From contig JANXDO010000001.1 in NCBI GenBank assembly GCA_025059375.1, positions 224,097 through 288,096 of the forward strand: a DNA stretch of 64,000 bases, written 5' to 3'. Made by a program: the position numbers and the translations under genes. The notes below the pieces were generated by a model. That model was not told the DNA's origin. It searched no databases and saw only the letters and a list, made by a program, of their open reading frames with translations. Numbering within the stretch: the first letter of the stretch is position 1; the number at the start of each line of letters is the position of its first letter. Shown here one piece after another: positions 9,289 to 19,790 of the stretch. This DNA is from Candidatus Nezhaarchaeota archaeon (GTDB lineage: Archaea > Thermoproteota > Methanomethylicia > Nezhaarchaeales > WYZ-LMO8).

Positions 9289-9807
9289 TCAATTAGGATG
9301 TATGAACACACTAATTCCCATCTTTTTTGCAAGCCTAAGCCCATCTTGAATTATGGAGTTGTGATCGAATGCCATCTTGTCTGGGATCGTGTAGAACTCA
9401 CTAACTTCTGTCTCCTCTGACCCTCGTAATTGTCCACCAACCTCTGTTGTCAAGTAAGCTATAGAGATTACGTGACCTCTAGGATCTCGATCAGGCTTTG
9501 AGTACACACCTATAAGCCCTCTTATTTCGACGTCTAGTCCCGTCTCCTCCTTAACTTCTCGTTTAACAGCCTCCTCAACAGCCTCTCCATACTCAACGAA
9601 ACCTCCAGGCAGGGCCCAAAACCCCTCATATGGAGGCCTCTTCCTCTTCACTAGGACTATGGAGCCACCTCTCCTAACGACTAAAGCATCAACAGCCAAG
9701 ATTGGCCTCAATTTGCTCATGTGTCGAATCACCTCACAACCCTCATAATATCTCCACGATAGCTTATAAGTTAAATAATGGAAAGGAATAGGGGGCTTAC
9801 TTGACAC
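9289..9807 (-). CDS. NUDIX hydrolase
   Basis: Nudix box 'GGFVEYGEAVEEAVKREVKEETGLDV' (GX5EX7REUXEEXGU). The true start may be the internal Met near 9720. Confidence 0.75.
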   Translation of the reverse strand: MSSKPPIPFHYLTYKLSWRYYEGCEVIRHMSKLRPILAVDALVVRRGGSIVLVKRKRPPYEGFWALPGGFVEYGEAVEEAVKREVKEETGLDVEIRGLIGVYSKPDRDPRGHVISIAYLTTEVGGQLRGSEETEVSEFYTIPDKMAFDHNSIIQDGLRLAKKMGISVFIHPN

Positions 9808-9813
9808 CCCAAG

Positions 9814-10836
9814 GTGAACTCTTTGAGGTACGTCAAGCTATTTAAGGAGAAGTTCCCGGAGTTCTTTGAAGCCCTCAAGAAGTGGGGTGAAGTTCACGCT
9901 CCTGTCAAGCATGGTAAATTCTACTCGTTTAAGAGAGTGTCATCGCCAGGTGAGGTTGTCCTCGATTACAATAGGACCATGATCCCGCCTAAGAAGTTCT
10001 TCATAAAGCCCTTAGAGGCAATAATGAAGGTGAAAGTTGGTAGAGGCTACGAGCCTATAGCTGAAGAGCCGAAAAGACTAGTTCTCTTAGGCCTTCACGC
10101 GTGCGACATAAACGGCTTGAGGATACTCGACACAGTATTCATGGATGAGCCTAAAGACCCCTACTACGCAACTAGAAGGGAGAATGCTATAATAGTAGGA
10201 GTTTCATGTAAACCAGATGATCACTGCTTCTGCAAGTCCATGGGCGCTGATTATGCATGGGTAGGCTTTGACCTATTCCTCCACGATATAGAGCACTCCT
10301 ACATAATTAGAGTTGGCAGCTTAAAAGGGGAGGAAATAGTTGAAGGACTGGGTAACCTGATGGTTGAACCTTCACAAGAAGACTTTATCAAGTTTAGGGA
10401 CTTTGAGCTCAATAGGTCTAGGATGTTTAAGAGGGCTCTCGAATTATCACACCTACCGGAAATTGCTGATGCACTTTACAATAGCGATTTGTGGACAAAG
10501 TTTGCAGATAAATGCGTAGGCTGTACTTCTTGCAACTTGGTTTGCCCTACATGCAGGTGTTACGATGTAGCAGAGAATGTTGACTTAAGCCTCAAAGAGG
10601 GGGTAAGGACAAGGCGGTGGGACTCTTGCTTCATAAGAAGCCATGCACTTGTTGCTGGAGGACTCAACTTTAGACCAACTAGGCTTGACAGATTTAAGCA
10701 CAGGTACAACTGCAAGAGCTCAATGGAGCCAAGAACTGGGCTTTGCTTCTGTGTTGGCTGTGGAAGGTGTAGCGTATTCTGCCCAGCTGGGATAGATCAC
10801 GTTGAAGTCTTAAATACGCTCTGGGGGTTGACTTGA
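9814..10836 (+). CDS. hydB: Cytosolic [NiFe] hydrogenase (group 3b, sulfhydrogenase-like) beta subunit, 4Fe-4S protein
   Basis: 'RYVKLFKE...EALKKWGEV' N-terminus like sulfhydrogenase beta. Cys clusters 'CVGCTSCNLVCPTCRCYD' and 'CFCVGCGRCSVFCPAG'. It is the first gene of a four-gene overlapped operon. Confidence 0.65.
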   Translation: MNSLRYVKLFKEKFPEFFEALKKWGEVHAPVKHGKFYSFKRVSSPGEVVLDYNRTMIPPKKFFIKPLEAIMKVKVGRGYEPIAEEPKRLVLLGLHACDINGLRILDTVFMDEPKDPYYATRRENAIIVGVSCKPDDHCFCKSMGADYAWVGFDLFLHDIEHSYIIRVGSLKGEEIVEGLGNLMVEPSQEDFIKFRDFELNRSRMFKRALELSHLPEIADALYNSDLWTKFADKCVGCTSCNLVCPTCRCYDVAENVDLSLKEGVRTRRWDSCFIRSHALVAGGLNFRPTRLDRFKHRYNCKSSMEPRTGLCFCVGCGRCSVFCPAGIDHVEVLNTLWGLT

Positions 10837-11720
10837 TGGTCTGGGACCTGTGTGTACCCAAGTTGGCTAAGATAGTTGAAGTAATTGAATTGACCCCTAT
10901 AGAGAAGCTATTTAAACTCGAGTTTGTTAGCGAGGAAGATGCTAAAGTCTTTACGTTTAAGCCGGGTCAATTTATTGAAGTTAGCGTTTTTGGAGTAGGT
11001 GAGGTGCCCATATCTATATGCAAGTCACCAACGAGATCAGGACCATTAGAGCTGGCAATCAGGAGAGTCGGTAGAGTAACCAATGCCATTCATAAACTCA
11101 AGCCAGGCGATATTGTAGGGATTAGAGGACCACTAGGTAATGGATTTCCGGTCGAGAAGATGAGAGGCTTTGACGTGCTATTCGTGGCTGGAGGACTGGG
11201 CATGGCGCCCTTAAGATCAGTCCTCCAATACGTCATTGATAATCGAAGGGAGTATGGTGACATCATATTCTTATATGGTGTTAGAAGCTATAGGGAGGCA
11301 CTCTTCAGGGATATGGCCATAGATATGGTTGAGCACCCAGAGAAGTGGGGCCTCAAGATGTTCCTCTCCTATGAGAGGGAGGATGAGGTCTTTGAGGGTC
11401 TAAGACAAAAGTACCCTGAAAGGGTTAGGAAGGGGGTGGTGACTGTACTATTTGAATGTGCTGATCTATACATAAAGCCAGATAAGGTTTGTGCAGTGAT
11501 CGGTGGTCCTCCCATAATGTATAGGTTCGTATTGAAGGAGCTTGCTAAACGAAAAATACCACCTGAGAGGATCTATCTTACTCTCGAAAGGAGGATGAAG
11601 TGTGGTGTGGGCAAGTGTGGTCACTGTATAGTCGGTGGGGCAACAGCAATCAAGTATGTGTGCAAGGATGGTCCCGTCTTTACTTATTCTGATGCCCTAG
11701 CAGTTAGGGGGCTTGTGTAA
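10833..11720 (+). CDS. hydG: Hydrogenase gamma subunit, FAD/NAD(P)-binding with a C-terminal [2Fe-2S]-type Cys cluster (PyrK/AsrB-like)
   Basis: Ferredoxin-reductase-like fold motifs 'RPFSI...'-like and 'GGLGMAP', plus a C-terminal 'CGVGKCGHC'. It overlaps hydB and hydD by 4 and 1 nt. Confidence 0.65.
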   Translation: MMVWDLCVPKLAKIVEVIELTPIEKLFKLEFVSEEDAKVFTFKPGQFIEVSVFGVGEVPISICKSPTRSGPLELAIRRVGRVTNAIHKLKPGDIVGIRGPLGNGFPVEKMRGFDVLFVAGGLGMAPLRSVLQYVIDNRREYGDIIFLYGVRSYREALFRDMAIDMVEHPEKWGLKMFLSYEREDEVFEGLRQKYPERVRKGVVTVLFECADLYIKPDKVCAVIGGPPIMYRFVLKELAKRKIPPERIYLTLERRMKCGVGKCGHCIVGGATAIKYVCKDGPVFTYSDALAVRGLV

Positions 11721-12496
11721 TGGCTAGCGGTAAGGTGAAGGTTGGCTTTTACTCCTTAACGGGCTGTGCAGGGGATTTACTGAACATCCTAGGCATGGAG
11801 GATAAGTTGGTAGAAATCTTCGGGAACATCGACTTAATGGAGTTCGTGATGGCTAGTAGCAGGGTTAAGCCAGGCAAAGTCGACATAGCCTTCGTGGAAG
11901 GGTCCGTGACGACTAAGAAGGACCTCGAGACCATCAAGAGGATAAGGGAGAATTGTAGCAAGCTAGTGGCCATAGGTGATTGTGCAATATGGGGTGGCCT
12001 CCAAGCCTCACTGACGGGCTTAGACCCCAAGGAGCTCATGAAGGCAGTTTATAACACTGAGGAGAATTATTACGAATTTCTAGGAGAGCATAAAGCATTA
12101 TCTGAGATCGTTCAAGTTGACTACGAGCTTCCTGGTTGCCCAATAGAACAGGATGAGTTCCTGCAACTCCTCATAGATCTATTGAGAGACGTAATCCCCG
12201 AGTTTAAGGATTACCCCGTATGCGTTGAGTGCAAGATAAGAGAGATACCGTGCCTCATAGTTGAGAAGGGTGAAGCTTGTCTAGGGCCAATAACCGTCGG
12301 CGGATGCAAGGCTCGATGTCCATACTATGAAGCACCTTGCATATCCTGCAGGGGGCCTATAAAGGATGAGGCAAACGTAGCTGGAGAGTTGCTAATGTTG
12401 CTTGAGAAGGGGTGGAAGGAGCAGGATGTAGTTGACAAGTTAAGGCTCTTTGCGGCTAGGTATAAGGACATATCTAAGCTCATTAGGAGGGTGTGA
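11720..12496 (+). CDS. hydD: [NiFe] hydrogenase small (delta) subunit
   Basis: 'KVGFYSLTGCAGDLLNILG', 'GDCAIWGG' and 'GCPIEQDE'/'CVEC' Cys motifs fit a cytosolic NiFe-hydrogenase small subunit. TAATG overlap with the upstream gene. Confidence 0.75.
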   Translation: MASGKVKVGFYSLTGCAGDLLNILGMEDKLVEIFGNIDLMEFVMASSRVKPGKVDIAFVEGSVTTKKDLETIKRIRENCSKLVAIGDCAIWGGLQASLTGLDPKELMKAVYNTEENYYEFLGEHKALSEIVQVDYELPGCPIEQDEFLQLLIDLLRDVIPEFKDYPVCVECKIREIPCLIVEKGEACLGPITVGGCKARCPYYEAPCISCRGPIKDEANVAGELLMLLEKGWKEQDVVDKLRLFAARYKDISKLIRRV

Positions 12497-12497
12497 G

Positions 12498-13790
12498 ATG
12501 GCTAAGGAGATAGTTGTTGAACACTTAGCTAGAGTTGAGGGGCATGGCACGATAAGGGTCCTCGTGGAGGATAGGAAGGTTAAGGACGTTAAGTTTGAGA
12601 TATACGAGGGCCCTCGCTTCATAGAGAAGATTCTGGTGGGGAGAAGGTGCTACGAAGCGCCAGACATAGTCGCGAGGATATGCTCCATATGTCCTGAACC
12701 CCACCAGGTAGCTGCTGTCACAGCCATCGAGAAAGCCCTTGGGGTAACGATTAGCTGGCAAACTAAAATGTTGAGAGAACTTCAATTGCTAGCTGACGTT
12801 ATATCGAGCCACGCCCTTCACCTTTACCTACTATCATTACCTGACTACTTAGGCTACCCCGATGCTTTGAGCATGATAGACAAGTATGGGAGAGAAGTCA
12901 AGTTGGGGCTACAGTTAAAGAGGGCTGGAAACCTCTTAAAGGAAGTCATTAGCGGCAGACCAATACATGGATGCACGGTTAAGCCGGGGGGTTACACGAG
13001 GATACCACCAGCTGAGGAGTTAGAAAACCTCATTAAGCCACTCGAGGAGTCCATGGAGGGGGCCAAGTTAGCGGTAAAGCTTTTCAGCTCAATAGATTAC
13101 CCTGAGACCCCACGGCACGACAACATCTTCATGGCCATAGACCCTGGTGAACATTATGGCTTCATGGGAGACTACGTATTAACATCAACTGGTGAGAGAT
13201 ATCCTGTTGACAGGTACAAGGAATTGACTAATGAGGTAACAGTTCCACACTCATCAGCAAAACACTCGACATACAAGGGCTACCCCTTCATGGTTGGAGC
13301 CCTGCCAAGGATGATGTTGAACAAGAGTAAGTTAAAGGGCCAAGCACTGGACATGCTGAAAGATGTAGAATCAAAACTCGATGCAGCCAATCCATTGACG
13401 AATAACCTCGCTCAAGCCCTAGAGACGGTCTACGCCGTTGAAAGGTCAATTGAGATAATAAATGAGCTGCTAAGTAAGGGGTTAAAGCCTGAAGAGCCTA
13501 TTGTCGCAAAGTCAAGGAGGGGGAGTGGAGCAGGTGGCGTTGAAGCACCTCGTGGTACACTGTACCACTACTATGAGCTCGACGATGAAGGGAGGATAGT
13601 TAAAGCCGACATAGTCACACCTACAGCTCAAAACGTAGTCAACATGGAGAAGTACATCAGGTTATCAGCTGAAAGGCTCTTGGCTAAGGGCGAAGAGAAG
13701 CTTGAACCCCTCTTAGAGATGATTGTGAGGGCATACGACCCATGCATATCCTGCTCCGTTCATATGGTTAATGTAGTAAGACTAAGGTAA
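12498..13790 (+). CDS. hydA: [NiFe] hydrogenase large (alpha) subunit
   Basis: N-terminal 'RVEGHG', L1 'RICSICPEPH' and C-terminal 'DPCISCSVH' (DPCxxCxxH) Ni-Fe ligand motifs. The ATG at 12498 directly follows the small-subunit TGA. Confidence 0.85.
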   Translation: MAKEIVVEHLARVEGHGTIRVLVEDRKVKDVKFEIYEGPRFIEKILVGRRCYEAPDIVARICSICPEPHQVAAVTAIEKALGVTISWQTKMLRELQLLADVISSHALHLYLLSLPDYLGYPDALSMIDKYGREVKLGLQLKRAGNLLKEVISGRPIHGCTVKPGGYTRIPPAEELENLIKPLEESMEGAKLAVKLFSSIDYPETPRHDNIFMAIDPGEHYGFMGDYVLTSTGERYPVDRYKELTNEVTVPHSSAKHSTYKGYPFMVGALPRMMLNKSKLKGQALDMLKDVESKLDAANPLTNNLAQALETVYAVERSIEIINELLSKGLKPEEPIVAKSRRGSGAGGVEAPRGTLYHYYELDDEGRIVKADIVTPTAQNVVNMEKYIRLSAERLLAKGEEKLEPLLEMIVRAYDPCISCSVHMVNVVRLR

Positions 13791-13818
13791 GAAAATATCT
13801 CCATTGCTAGTGACCGCG

Positions 13819-14256
13819 ATGAAGTACATCATAGCTTGCCTTGGAAATCCTCTAATGGGCGATGATGGTTTTGGACCAGCTGTTGCTCGTGAACTGATTA
13901 AACGAGGTCACAGAAATGTAGTCTTCAACTCAGATCCATTGAACTTACTTACGCAATTAGATGATGTGGACCTCGTAATAATAGTTGATGCAGTAAATCT
14001 AGGGGTTGAGCCGGGCTCCCTCTTTGTAGCTAAGTTAGACGATGTGAGGGAGATTGCGCCAAGATCGTCGCATAGTCTACCCGTAACCGAGATTCTTAAG
14101 ATAATGAGGAAGATCCTTAGGAAGCCCATGGAGGTCTACATAATCGGTGTTCAACCGGCTCGAATAGAGCCAGGTGAGGATCTAACTCCTCCAGTTCAAT
14201 GTGCAATAAAGGATGCTGTGTTAAAGATTGAAGAGTTGATAGTAGAGAAGAACTAA
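13819..14256 (+). CDS. Hydrogenase maturation endopeptidase (HycI/HoxW/HyaD family)
   Basis: 'KYIIACLGNPLMGDDGFGPAV...VDAV' is the hallmark motif. The position immediately 3' of the large subunit fits. Confidence 0.75.
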   Translation: MKYIIACLGNPLMGDDGFGPAVARELIKRGHRNVVFNSDPLNLLTQLDDVDLVIIVDAVNLGVEPGSLFVAKLDDVREIAPRSSHSLPVTEILKIMRKILRKPMEVYIIGVQPARIEPGEDLTPPVQCAIKDAVLKIEELIVEKN

Positions 14257-14669
14257 TGCTTAAAATCGAAACCATAACTATCTCTAATAGGTTTACCCAA
14301 GGGTCGTTTATGAACGTTGGTGAAGCAGAGATATTGATTATTGGCAATGTAACCAATAAAGTTAAGAATCTCTTCACAGAGCACTTGAAAGCCTTAAGGT
14401 CCAAGGGCTTTGCCAAGGTCAACATCCACATCTTCACATCTGAACCACTTAAATACCTTGAAGAGCTTAGAGACCCCATACTCGAGAACATGATAATTTC
14501 GATAAGGCTATATGAGCATGACATCAATGAGCTTGGTGCTTGGATTAATCAATTGACTAGAGGGGATAGGACGGTGATTTTAATAATTGATGAAGAGGGT
14601 CTAAGGGAAGATGTGATGTCAGTTGTAAGTTACATCAAGAGGCTGGAGGAACTTGGTGGAGGGACCTGA
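14256..14669 (+). CDS. Hypothetical protein (137 aa), translationally coupled between the hydrogenase protease and the radical SAM gene
   Basis: Its start overlaps the HycI-like stop and its end overlaps the radical SAM start. I recognise no motif. Confidence 0.3.
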   Translation: MLKIETITISNRFTQGSFMNVGEAEILIIGNVTNKVKNLFTEHLKALRSKGFAKVNIHIFTSEPLKYLEELRDPILENMIISIRLYEHDINELGAWINQLTRGDRTVILIIDEEGLREDVMSVVSYIKRLEELGGGT

Positions 14670-16182
14670 ATTGTTTGACGTCATATTGACCACTGATAGG
14701 ACCATGATGACAAATCATCACGGCAAGGAGTTCCTAGGCTTCATGGCGACAGGGCCGGCCATAGGCCTTCCTGAGCCCATTTGGATGTGGATTTGTGCGC
14801 CGAAAATGAGGACTGATGATCTTGGAAGAGTTTGGCAAGCACCATATGGAATAAGGAAGATAGAGTCCATCTTAATTGATGAGGGCTTCAAGGTCGCCAC
14901 TGTAGATCCTAGCCACTTAAGTAGGCACTTAAAGAGCGCTAAGGTGCTGCTCCTAAGCCATCACGATTACTTCGCCTTATGCCCTCCAAGCTCAGAGTGG
15001 TGGACAATAACAAAGAAGGAGCCAGTTAACGCTAGGAGCTTCAGGAGGTTAATGGAGATGCCAGCTCTAAGAGAAGCTAAGAAGCGCGGCCTCAAGATAA
15101 TAGCTGGTGGACCAGCTGCTTGGCAGTGGTTGTGGAAGATCGATAAGTGGATTGAATGGGGAGTGGACACGGTAGTTGATGGTGAGGGAGAGAAGATTAT
15201 AGTCAACTTAGTCTCACGAGCCCTGAATGGTGAGGAGCTTCCCCGCTACGTCTACGTTGGTATAAGTGAGGTCCCAAGCATAAAGGAGATACCAGTCATA
15301 AAGAATGCAAGCGTCAACGGCCTCATAGAGGTGACTAGAGGTTGCGTCAGAAACTGCAAATTCTGTTCAGTAACTTTAAGGCCCTTAAGGCATTACAGCC
15401 TTGAAATGATAGAGAAGGAGCTCAAGGTGAACGCATCTCAGGGGGTCACTAATGGGATCATCCACGCAGAGGACGTTCTACTCTACGGCTCTAGGGGGGT
15501 TGAACCAAATCCAGAGGCCTCAATAAGCCTCCACAAGCTCGTCAAGTCCTACTACAAGAAGATCTCTTGGAGCCACGCTAGCCTTTCATCAATTAAGAGA
15601 GCTGAAGAGAAGTACAAGCTAGTCTCAAGGATTAGAGAGATAGTATGCGATGAACATCAAGATTACTGGGGAGTTGAAGTTGGCATTGAGACGGGATCAG
15701 TGAACTTGGCAAAGAAGATAATGCCAGCTAAATCAGCACCATACCCAGCTGAGGTGTGGCCGAGCGTAGTTGAGGATGCCTTCGCCATAATGCACGATAA
15801 CAACATAATACCAGCGGCAACCCTCATCTTAGGGCTACCTGAGGAAACCGAGGACGATGTGGTTAAGACCATTGAATTGATTGATAGACTTAAGCCGTAT
15901 AGAAGCCTCATAGTTCCAATGTTCTTCGTCCCCATGGGGGCCTTCAAGACTCATGACTGGTTCACTAGGGTTAATGTGAGGGACGAGCACATAGAGTTGA
16001 TGAAGAGGTGCCTATACCACTCGCTTCACTGGGCTGGCGACATAGTGGATAAGTTCTACTTAAAGGGTCTTGCTCACGCTCCACTAAGATGGTTAATAAA
16101 GTTGTTCTTACGGTATGTTAAGTGGAAGGCTAAGAAGGTGGAGAAAAAGTTGGAGGCTAGGAGGGGTTTGAAGGACCAATAA
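14653..16182 (+). CDS. Radical SAM protein with long N-terminal (B12-binding-like?) domain
   Basis: CX3CX2C '[11 protein letters not shown]' near aa 230 after a ~220-aa N-terminal domain. 509 aa. Confidence 0.6.
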   Translation: MVEGPELFDVILTTDRTMMTNHHGKEFLGFMATGPAIGLPEPIWMWICAPKMRTDDLGRVWQAPYGIRKIESILIDEGFKVATVDPSHLSRHLKSAKVLLLSHHDYFALCPPSSEWWTITKKEPVNARSFRRLMEMPALREAKKRGLKIIAGGPAAWQWLWKIDKWIEWGVDTVVDGEGEKIIVNLVSRALNGEELPRYVYVGISEVPSIKEIPVIKNASVNGLIEVTRGCVRNCKFCSVTLRPLRHYSLEMIEKELKVNASQGVTNGIIHAEDVLLYGSRGVEPNPEASISLHKLVKSYYKKISWSHASLSSIKRAEEKYKLVSRIREIVCDEHQDYWGVEVGIETGSVNLAKKIMPAKSAPYPAEVWPSVVEDAFAIMHDNNIIPAATLILGLPEETEDDVVKTIELIDRLKPYRSLIVPMFFVPMGAFKTHDWFTRVNVRDEHIELMKRCLYHSLHWAGDIVDKFYLKGLAHAPLRWLIKLFLRYVKWKAKKVEKKLEARRGLKDQ

Positions 16183-16273
16183 GCCCCTTAACCACGCCGC
16201 CCAGCCCACCACGTGAAAAAGAGCGCCTTACTCATGGAGCTACGAGCCCTAGTCCTGCCGGGGCCTATAAATC

Positions 16274-17974
16274 CTACCTAGAGAATCTACGGATCACAAA
16301 TCCCAGCAGCGATAGTAGGAGCACAATAGCTAACGTTAGAGGCACACCGATCAGCCCTGTAAACGAGGTCTTGACCAGACTCAAGAAGAATAAAACCCCA
16401 CTATTCCAGTCTGGGAATGGGAATCTAACGAAGAGCCCGTACTCTGCGTGGAATATGAGGGGGTAAATTAATCCTAGGAGCGCAGCTAAAGCTACGATGC
16501 TAGAGCACATTACCAGAGACCTGATGAATCCTCTCCTCAATGTCGTTAACTCTACTATGCCTAGGGCTAAGCCTATGAGGAGCGACGTTGAGATTGAGCT
16601 GATCAAGATCTTAGATATGAAGTCCTCAAAGGAGTATATGTCAGATAAGCTAAACGGCCCCCCGTTAACCTTGTAGAGGGCCCAGAACAAGAGCTCATAT
16701 GCAGCTAAGCCTACTAAGATAGCTACTACGCTCTTAACCTTGATGTTCCTTATTCTGCCCCGTCCCAAGCCTAAGACTATGAGTGCTACGGATAACGCTA
16801 CTATAGTAGCCCCTACTGCAATGGATAGGGCTGAACGAAGCTCAATAGATGCCCTCTCTAAAGCTGCTGTTAGTCTTCTATAAACCTCCTTAACGTTACC
16901 CCTTAAGTCTAAGCTAATGCCTGTAGCCTCGCTAAGAGCCCTAACGACTCTCAAGCCTTGATCTTGTGAGGCTCTGGTGTAAGCATCAACTCTACTTAGT
17001 GGTATGTTCAGTCCATTAGAGATCGGGGCGCCTATGGAGATTGCGGGTATGCTCCAGCCCATTATCATTGATACCGTAGGCGCTATATCGTTATGGTCAA
17101 ATGGGATCCCATATATACCAGGCTTAGCTACCGGACCTATCAGTAAGAGGAATACTCTCTTAACCTCCGGTTCGGGTCCCCCATGATGCCCTCCCCTCTT
17201 AAACCCATGATCGCTCAATACCACCACGAGCGTGTCCTTGGTGAGGGGTTCCTTGCTAAGCTTCTCTATGAACTCTAGTGTTAATGCAACAGTGTTTATT
17301 ATCGTGAAGTTGTACTCTTTGCTATAAGCTCCAGCCTCGTGACCTATCATATCTACGTCAGCCACACCAATCCATGCGAACACCTTCTTACCTTGCTCCA
17401 CACGATTCTTGACCAAGTTATAGCCGGATGTAAGGGATATGGCTCCATGATTTGCCCCCTCCCCCACGCTGATATTCTCATCTATTAGGTCCCTGAAGAG
17501 GTTCTCAAAGGAGCTATCGCCAATGCACAGGATTGTGTAGTTGAATTGCTTAGCTACTCTAACTAAGCTATCAATACGAACTTTTCTGTTAAAGTAGTTT
17601 GATGAAACCTCATTAATCTCAGGTGGAGCCCCTGTAAGTATGGAGGCTCTTGCAGGGATGGAGTATGTAGGCATATTAGCAAGTCCATTAGGGTAAAAGG
17701 CTCCACTATTTACAAATTTACTTACAACCTCACTTCTATTCGCGAGATCTATAAGAACATCGACAGTAATACCGTCAAGTAGAATGAAAACCACATGCTT
17801 AGCTAGAGGCTCTCCATGTACTGTAACCCTTTCAACCTTAGTAATAATAGTTTCCAAGTACTTATTCTCATAGTCAACCCAGCTATCATAAACATCGAGA
17901 GCTATCGATAGAGCAGCGTAAGAAGCGAGTAGAACAAGAGCTACAATGGATATGTATGCAATGGTAACCTTCAA
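16274..17974 (-). CDS. Alkaline-phosphatase-superfamily enzyme (type I phosphodiesterase/nucleotide pyrophosphatase-like), membrane-anchored
   Basis: N-terminal TM, 'VVFILLDGITVDV', 'GHEAG' and 'VVVLSDHGFKRGGHHGG' metal-site motifs. The C-terminal ~200 aa are polytopic membrane helices. Confidence 0.6.
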   Translation of the reverse strand: MKVTIAYISIVALVLLASYAALSIALDVYDSWVDYENKYLETIITKVERVTVHGEPLAKHVVFILLDGITVDVLIDLANRSEVVSKFVNSGAFYPNGLANMPTYSIPARASILTGAPPEINEVSSNYFNRKVRIDSLVRVAKQFNYTILCIGDSSFENLFRDLIDENISVGEGANHGAISLTSGYNLVKNRVEQGKKVFAWIGVADVDMIGHEAGAYSKEYNFTIINTVALTLEFIEKLSKEPLTKDTLVVVLSDHGFKRGGHHGGPEPEVKRVFLLLIGPVAKPGIYGIPFDHNDIAPTVSMIMGWSIPAISIGAPISNGLNIPLSRVDAYTRASQDQGLRVVRALSEATGISLDLRGNVKEVYRRLTAALERASIELRSALSIAVGATIVALSVALIVLGLGRGRIRNIKVKSVVAILVGLAAYELLFWALYKVNGGPFSLSDIYSFEDFISKILISSISTSLLIGLALGIVELTTLRRGFIRSLVMCSSIVALAALLGLIYPLIFHAEYGLFVRFPFPDWNSGVLFFLSLVKTSFTGLIGVPLTLAIVLLLSLLGFVIRRFSR

Positions 17975-18224
17975 TTATCGTTCCACCGAACCATAATAAT
18001 GTAAAAAGGCTTAAATAGCTTTCCAATTGGGATGGCTAAAGACAAGCAATAAAGAGACCGCTAAAAGCCCTCTTTAATACTTGTAATTATTGAAATTGTT
18101 GGAATTGTGGAGGCTATTAAGGAGCTTGAGAATAGCTTAATGTAGTAAGCCCGCTAACCTCATAACTAAACCGTCCACTACACTATTATGTGCATCTTTC
18201 AGTGCAATCTTTAGGTGGCAAACT

Positions 18225-19763
18225 TTGCATAATGGCAATTACTACTTAATTGTAGATGCCGGGACTACGGCAATAAAGGCGTTTGCTTACAATGATCACG
18301 ATGAGATCATAAAGTACGTGCAGTATAACGTCCCAACGCGCTTTCCTCAACCTGGATGGGTTGAGCAAGATCCCGTAAAGTACTGGGAGATAGTTCAGGA
18401 CGGTATAGCGACTTTGTGCAATGATCTTGGAAAGCCACTAGCCATCGGCATAGCTAGCCAGAGAGCCACCACAATAGTTTGGGACAAAGTTTCTAAAGAG
18501 CCACTTTACAACATGATTACATGGCAGGATGCTCGGTGCACTGACTTAGCAGAACAACTTTCTCGCGAGCCCATCATTAGGATGGGGAGAGTGCTTGGGC
18601 GACTAACTGAGAAGATCACTAAGTTCTTACCTATTCTTGAGAGGCACGACATAATCAAGTACCTGATATCAATAGCTAACGCTGGCCTCAAAAGTAACCA
18701 GCCAGCCCTACACTTACGCTGGCTCATTGATAATGTACCTGATATCTCTCGAGCAATTGCCAACAAAGAAACCGTCTTCGGGACTCTTGACTCATGGCTT
18801 CTTTGGAACTTAATTCATAAACACGTAACAGACTACACCAACGCAAGTGCCACTGGCCTATTTGATCCATTCCGCTTAAGATGGAGTGAGATGGTGCTAA
18901 AAGTACTGGGCCTTCCAAGACACATCGTACCTACACTAATTGACAACTCAGGAATCCTCGGAACAGCTGATGTTGCGATGGGGGCGCCCGTGACCGCAGT
19001 CATAGCTGATCAACAGTCGTCGTTATTCTCGGTTGGTGGAGCGAAGGCTGGAACAGCTAAGATGACTAGCGGCACTGGTACATTCATTGACGTGAACGTC
19101 GGTGAAGATCCTCGACCAGCTGTTATGGGGGTCTATCCTATGGTGGCCATAAAGGTTGGAGGTACGGTTAGGTACCTTGTAGAGGGGATAGTCCCTGCAA
19201 CTGGCTCGGTAATAGACTGGTTACTGGAAGTGGGTCTAATAGAGGATGTGGAAGTAGCAGGAAAGGTTGCAGAAGGTACTGAGACGTCATTTGGAGTAAC
19301 CTTCATCCCGTCATTGGCTGGCTTGGGAACGCCATATTGGGTTCAAGATGCTCTTGGATGTATCTTTGGGTTATCGAGAGGGGTACGAAGAGAGCACCTA
19401 ATTAAGGCCACATTTGAAGGGCTGGCCTTCATGTTGGCAGAGACTTTAAAAGCCGTTGAGAAGGTCGCGAAAACCCCAATCAGCCACGTCATGGCTGATG
19501 GAAATGCGTCTAAACATGATGCACTTTTACAATTGACTTCCGACTTTAGTGGAAAAGTTGTGGTGAGAGTAAGGAATCTTGAGGGCTCTTCACGAGGTGC
19601 TTTCTTATTGGCAAGGAGTTCTATAAAGGGTCTAAGTGTCGAGAGTTGCTGGATTCAGCCAGAGGTAGAGAGAGTCTTTAAGCCGAGAGAAGGTAAGCGT
19701 GTTAACCTTGATAGGCTTCAAAGAGCTCTAAGCACCTGCATAGAGATTTCAAAAAGTAGATAG
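18225..19763 (+). CDS. FGGY-family carbohydrate kinase (glycerol kinase-like)
   Basis: 'YYLIVDAGTTAIKAF' N-terminal ATPase motif, 'ASATGLFD' and 'GLGTPYW...' motifs of FGGY kinases. It lies in a glycerol-3-phosphate dehydrogenase neighbourhood. Confidence 0.65.
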   Translation: MHNGNYYLIVDAGTTAIKAFAYNDHDEIIKYVQYNVPTRFPQPGWVEQDPVKYWEIVQDGIATLCNDLGKPLAIGIASQRATTIVWDKVSKEPLYNMITWQDARCTDLAEQLSREPIIRMGRVLGRLTEKITKFLPILERHDIIKYLISIANAGLKSNQPALHLRWLIDNVPDISRAIANKETVFGTLDSWLLWNLIHKHVTDYTNASATGLFDPFRLRWSEMVLKVLGLPRHIVPTLIDNSGILGTADVAMGAPVTAVIADQQSSLFSVGGAKAGTAKMTSGTGTFIDVNVGEDPRPAVMGVYPMVAIKVGGTVRYLVEGIVPATGSVIDWLLEVGLIEDVEVAGKVAEGTETSFGVTFIPSLAGLGTPYWVQDALGCIFGLSRGVRREHLIKATFEGLAFMLAETLKAVEKVAKTPISHVMADGNASKHDALLQLTSDFSGKVVVRVRNLEGSSRGAFLLARSSIKGLSVESCWIQPEVERVFKPREGKRVNLDRLQRALSTCIEISKSR

Positions 19764-19790
19764 CACTATAGTGAAACTAAATAGTGCATC

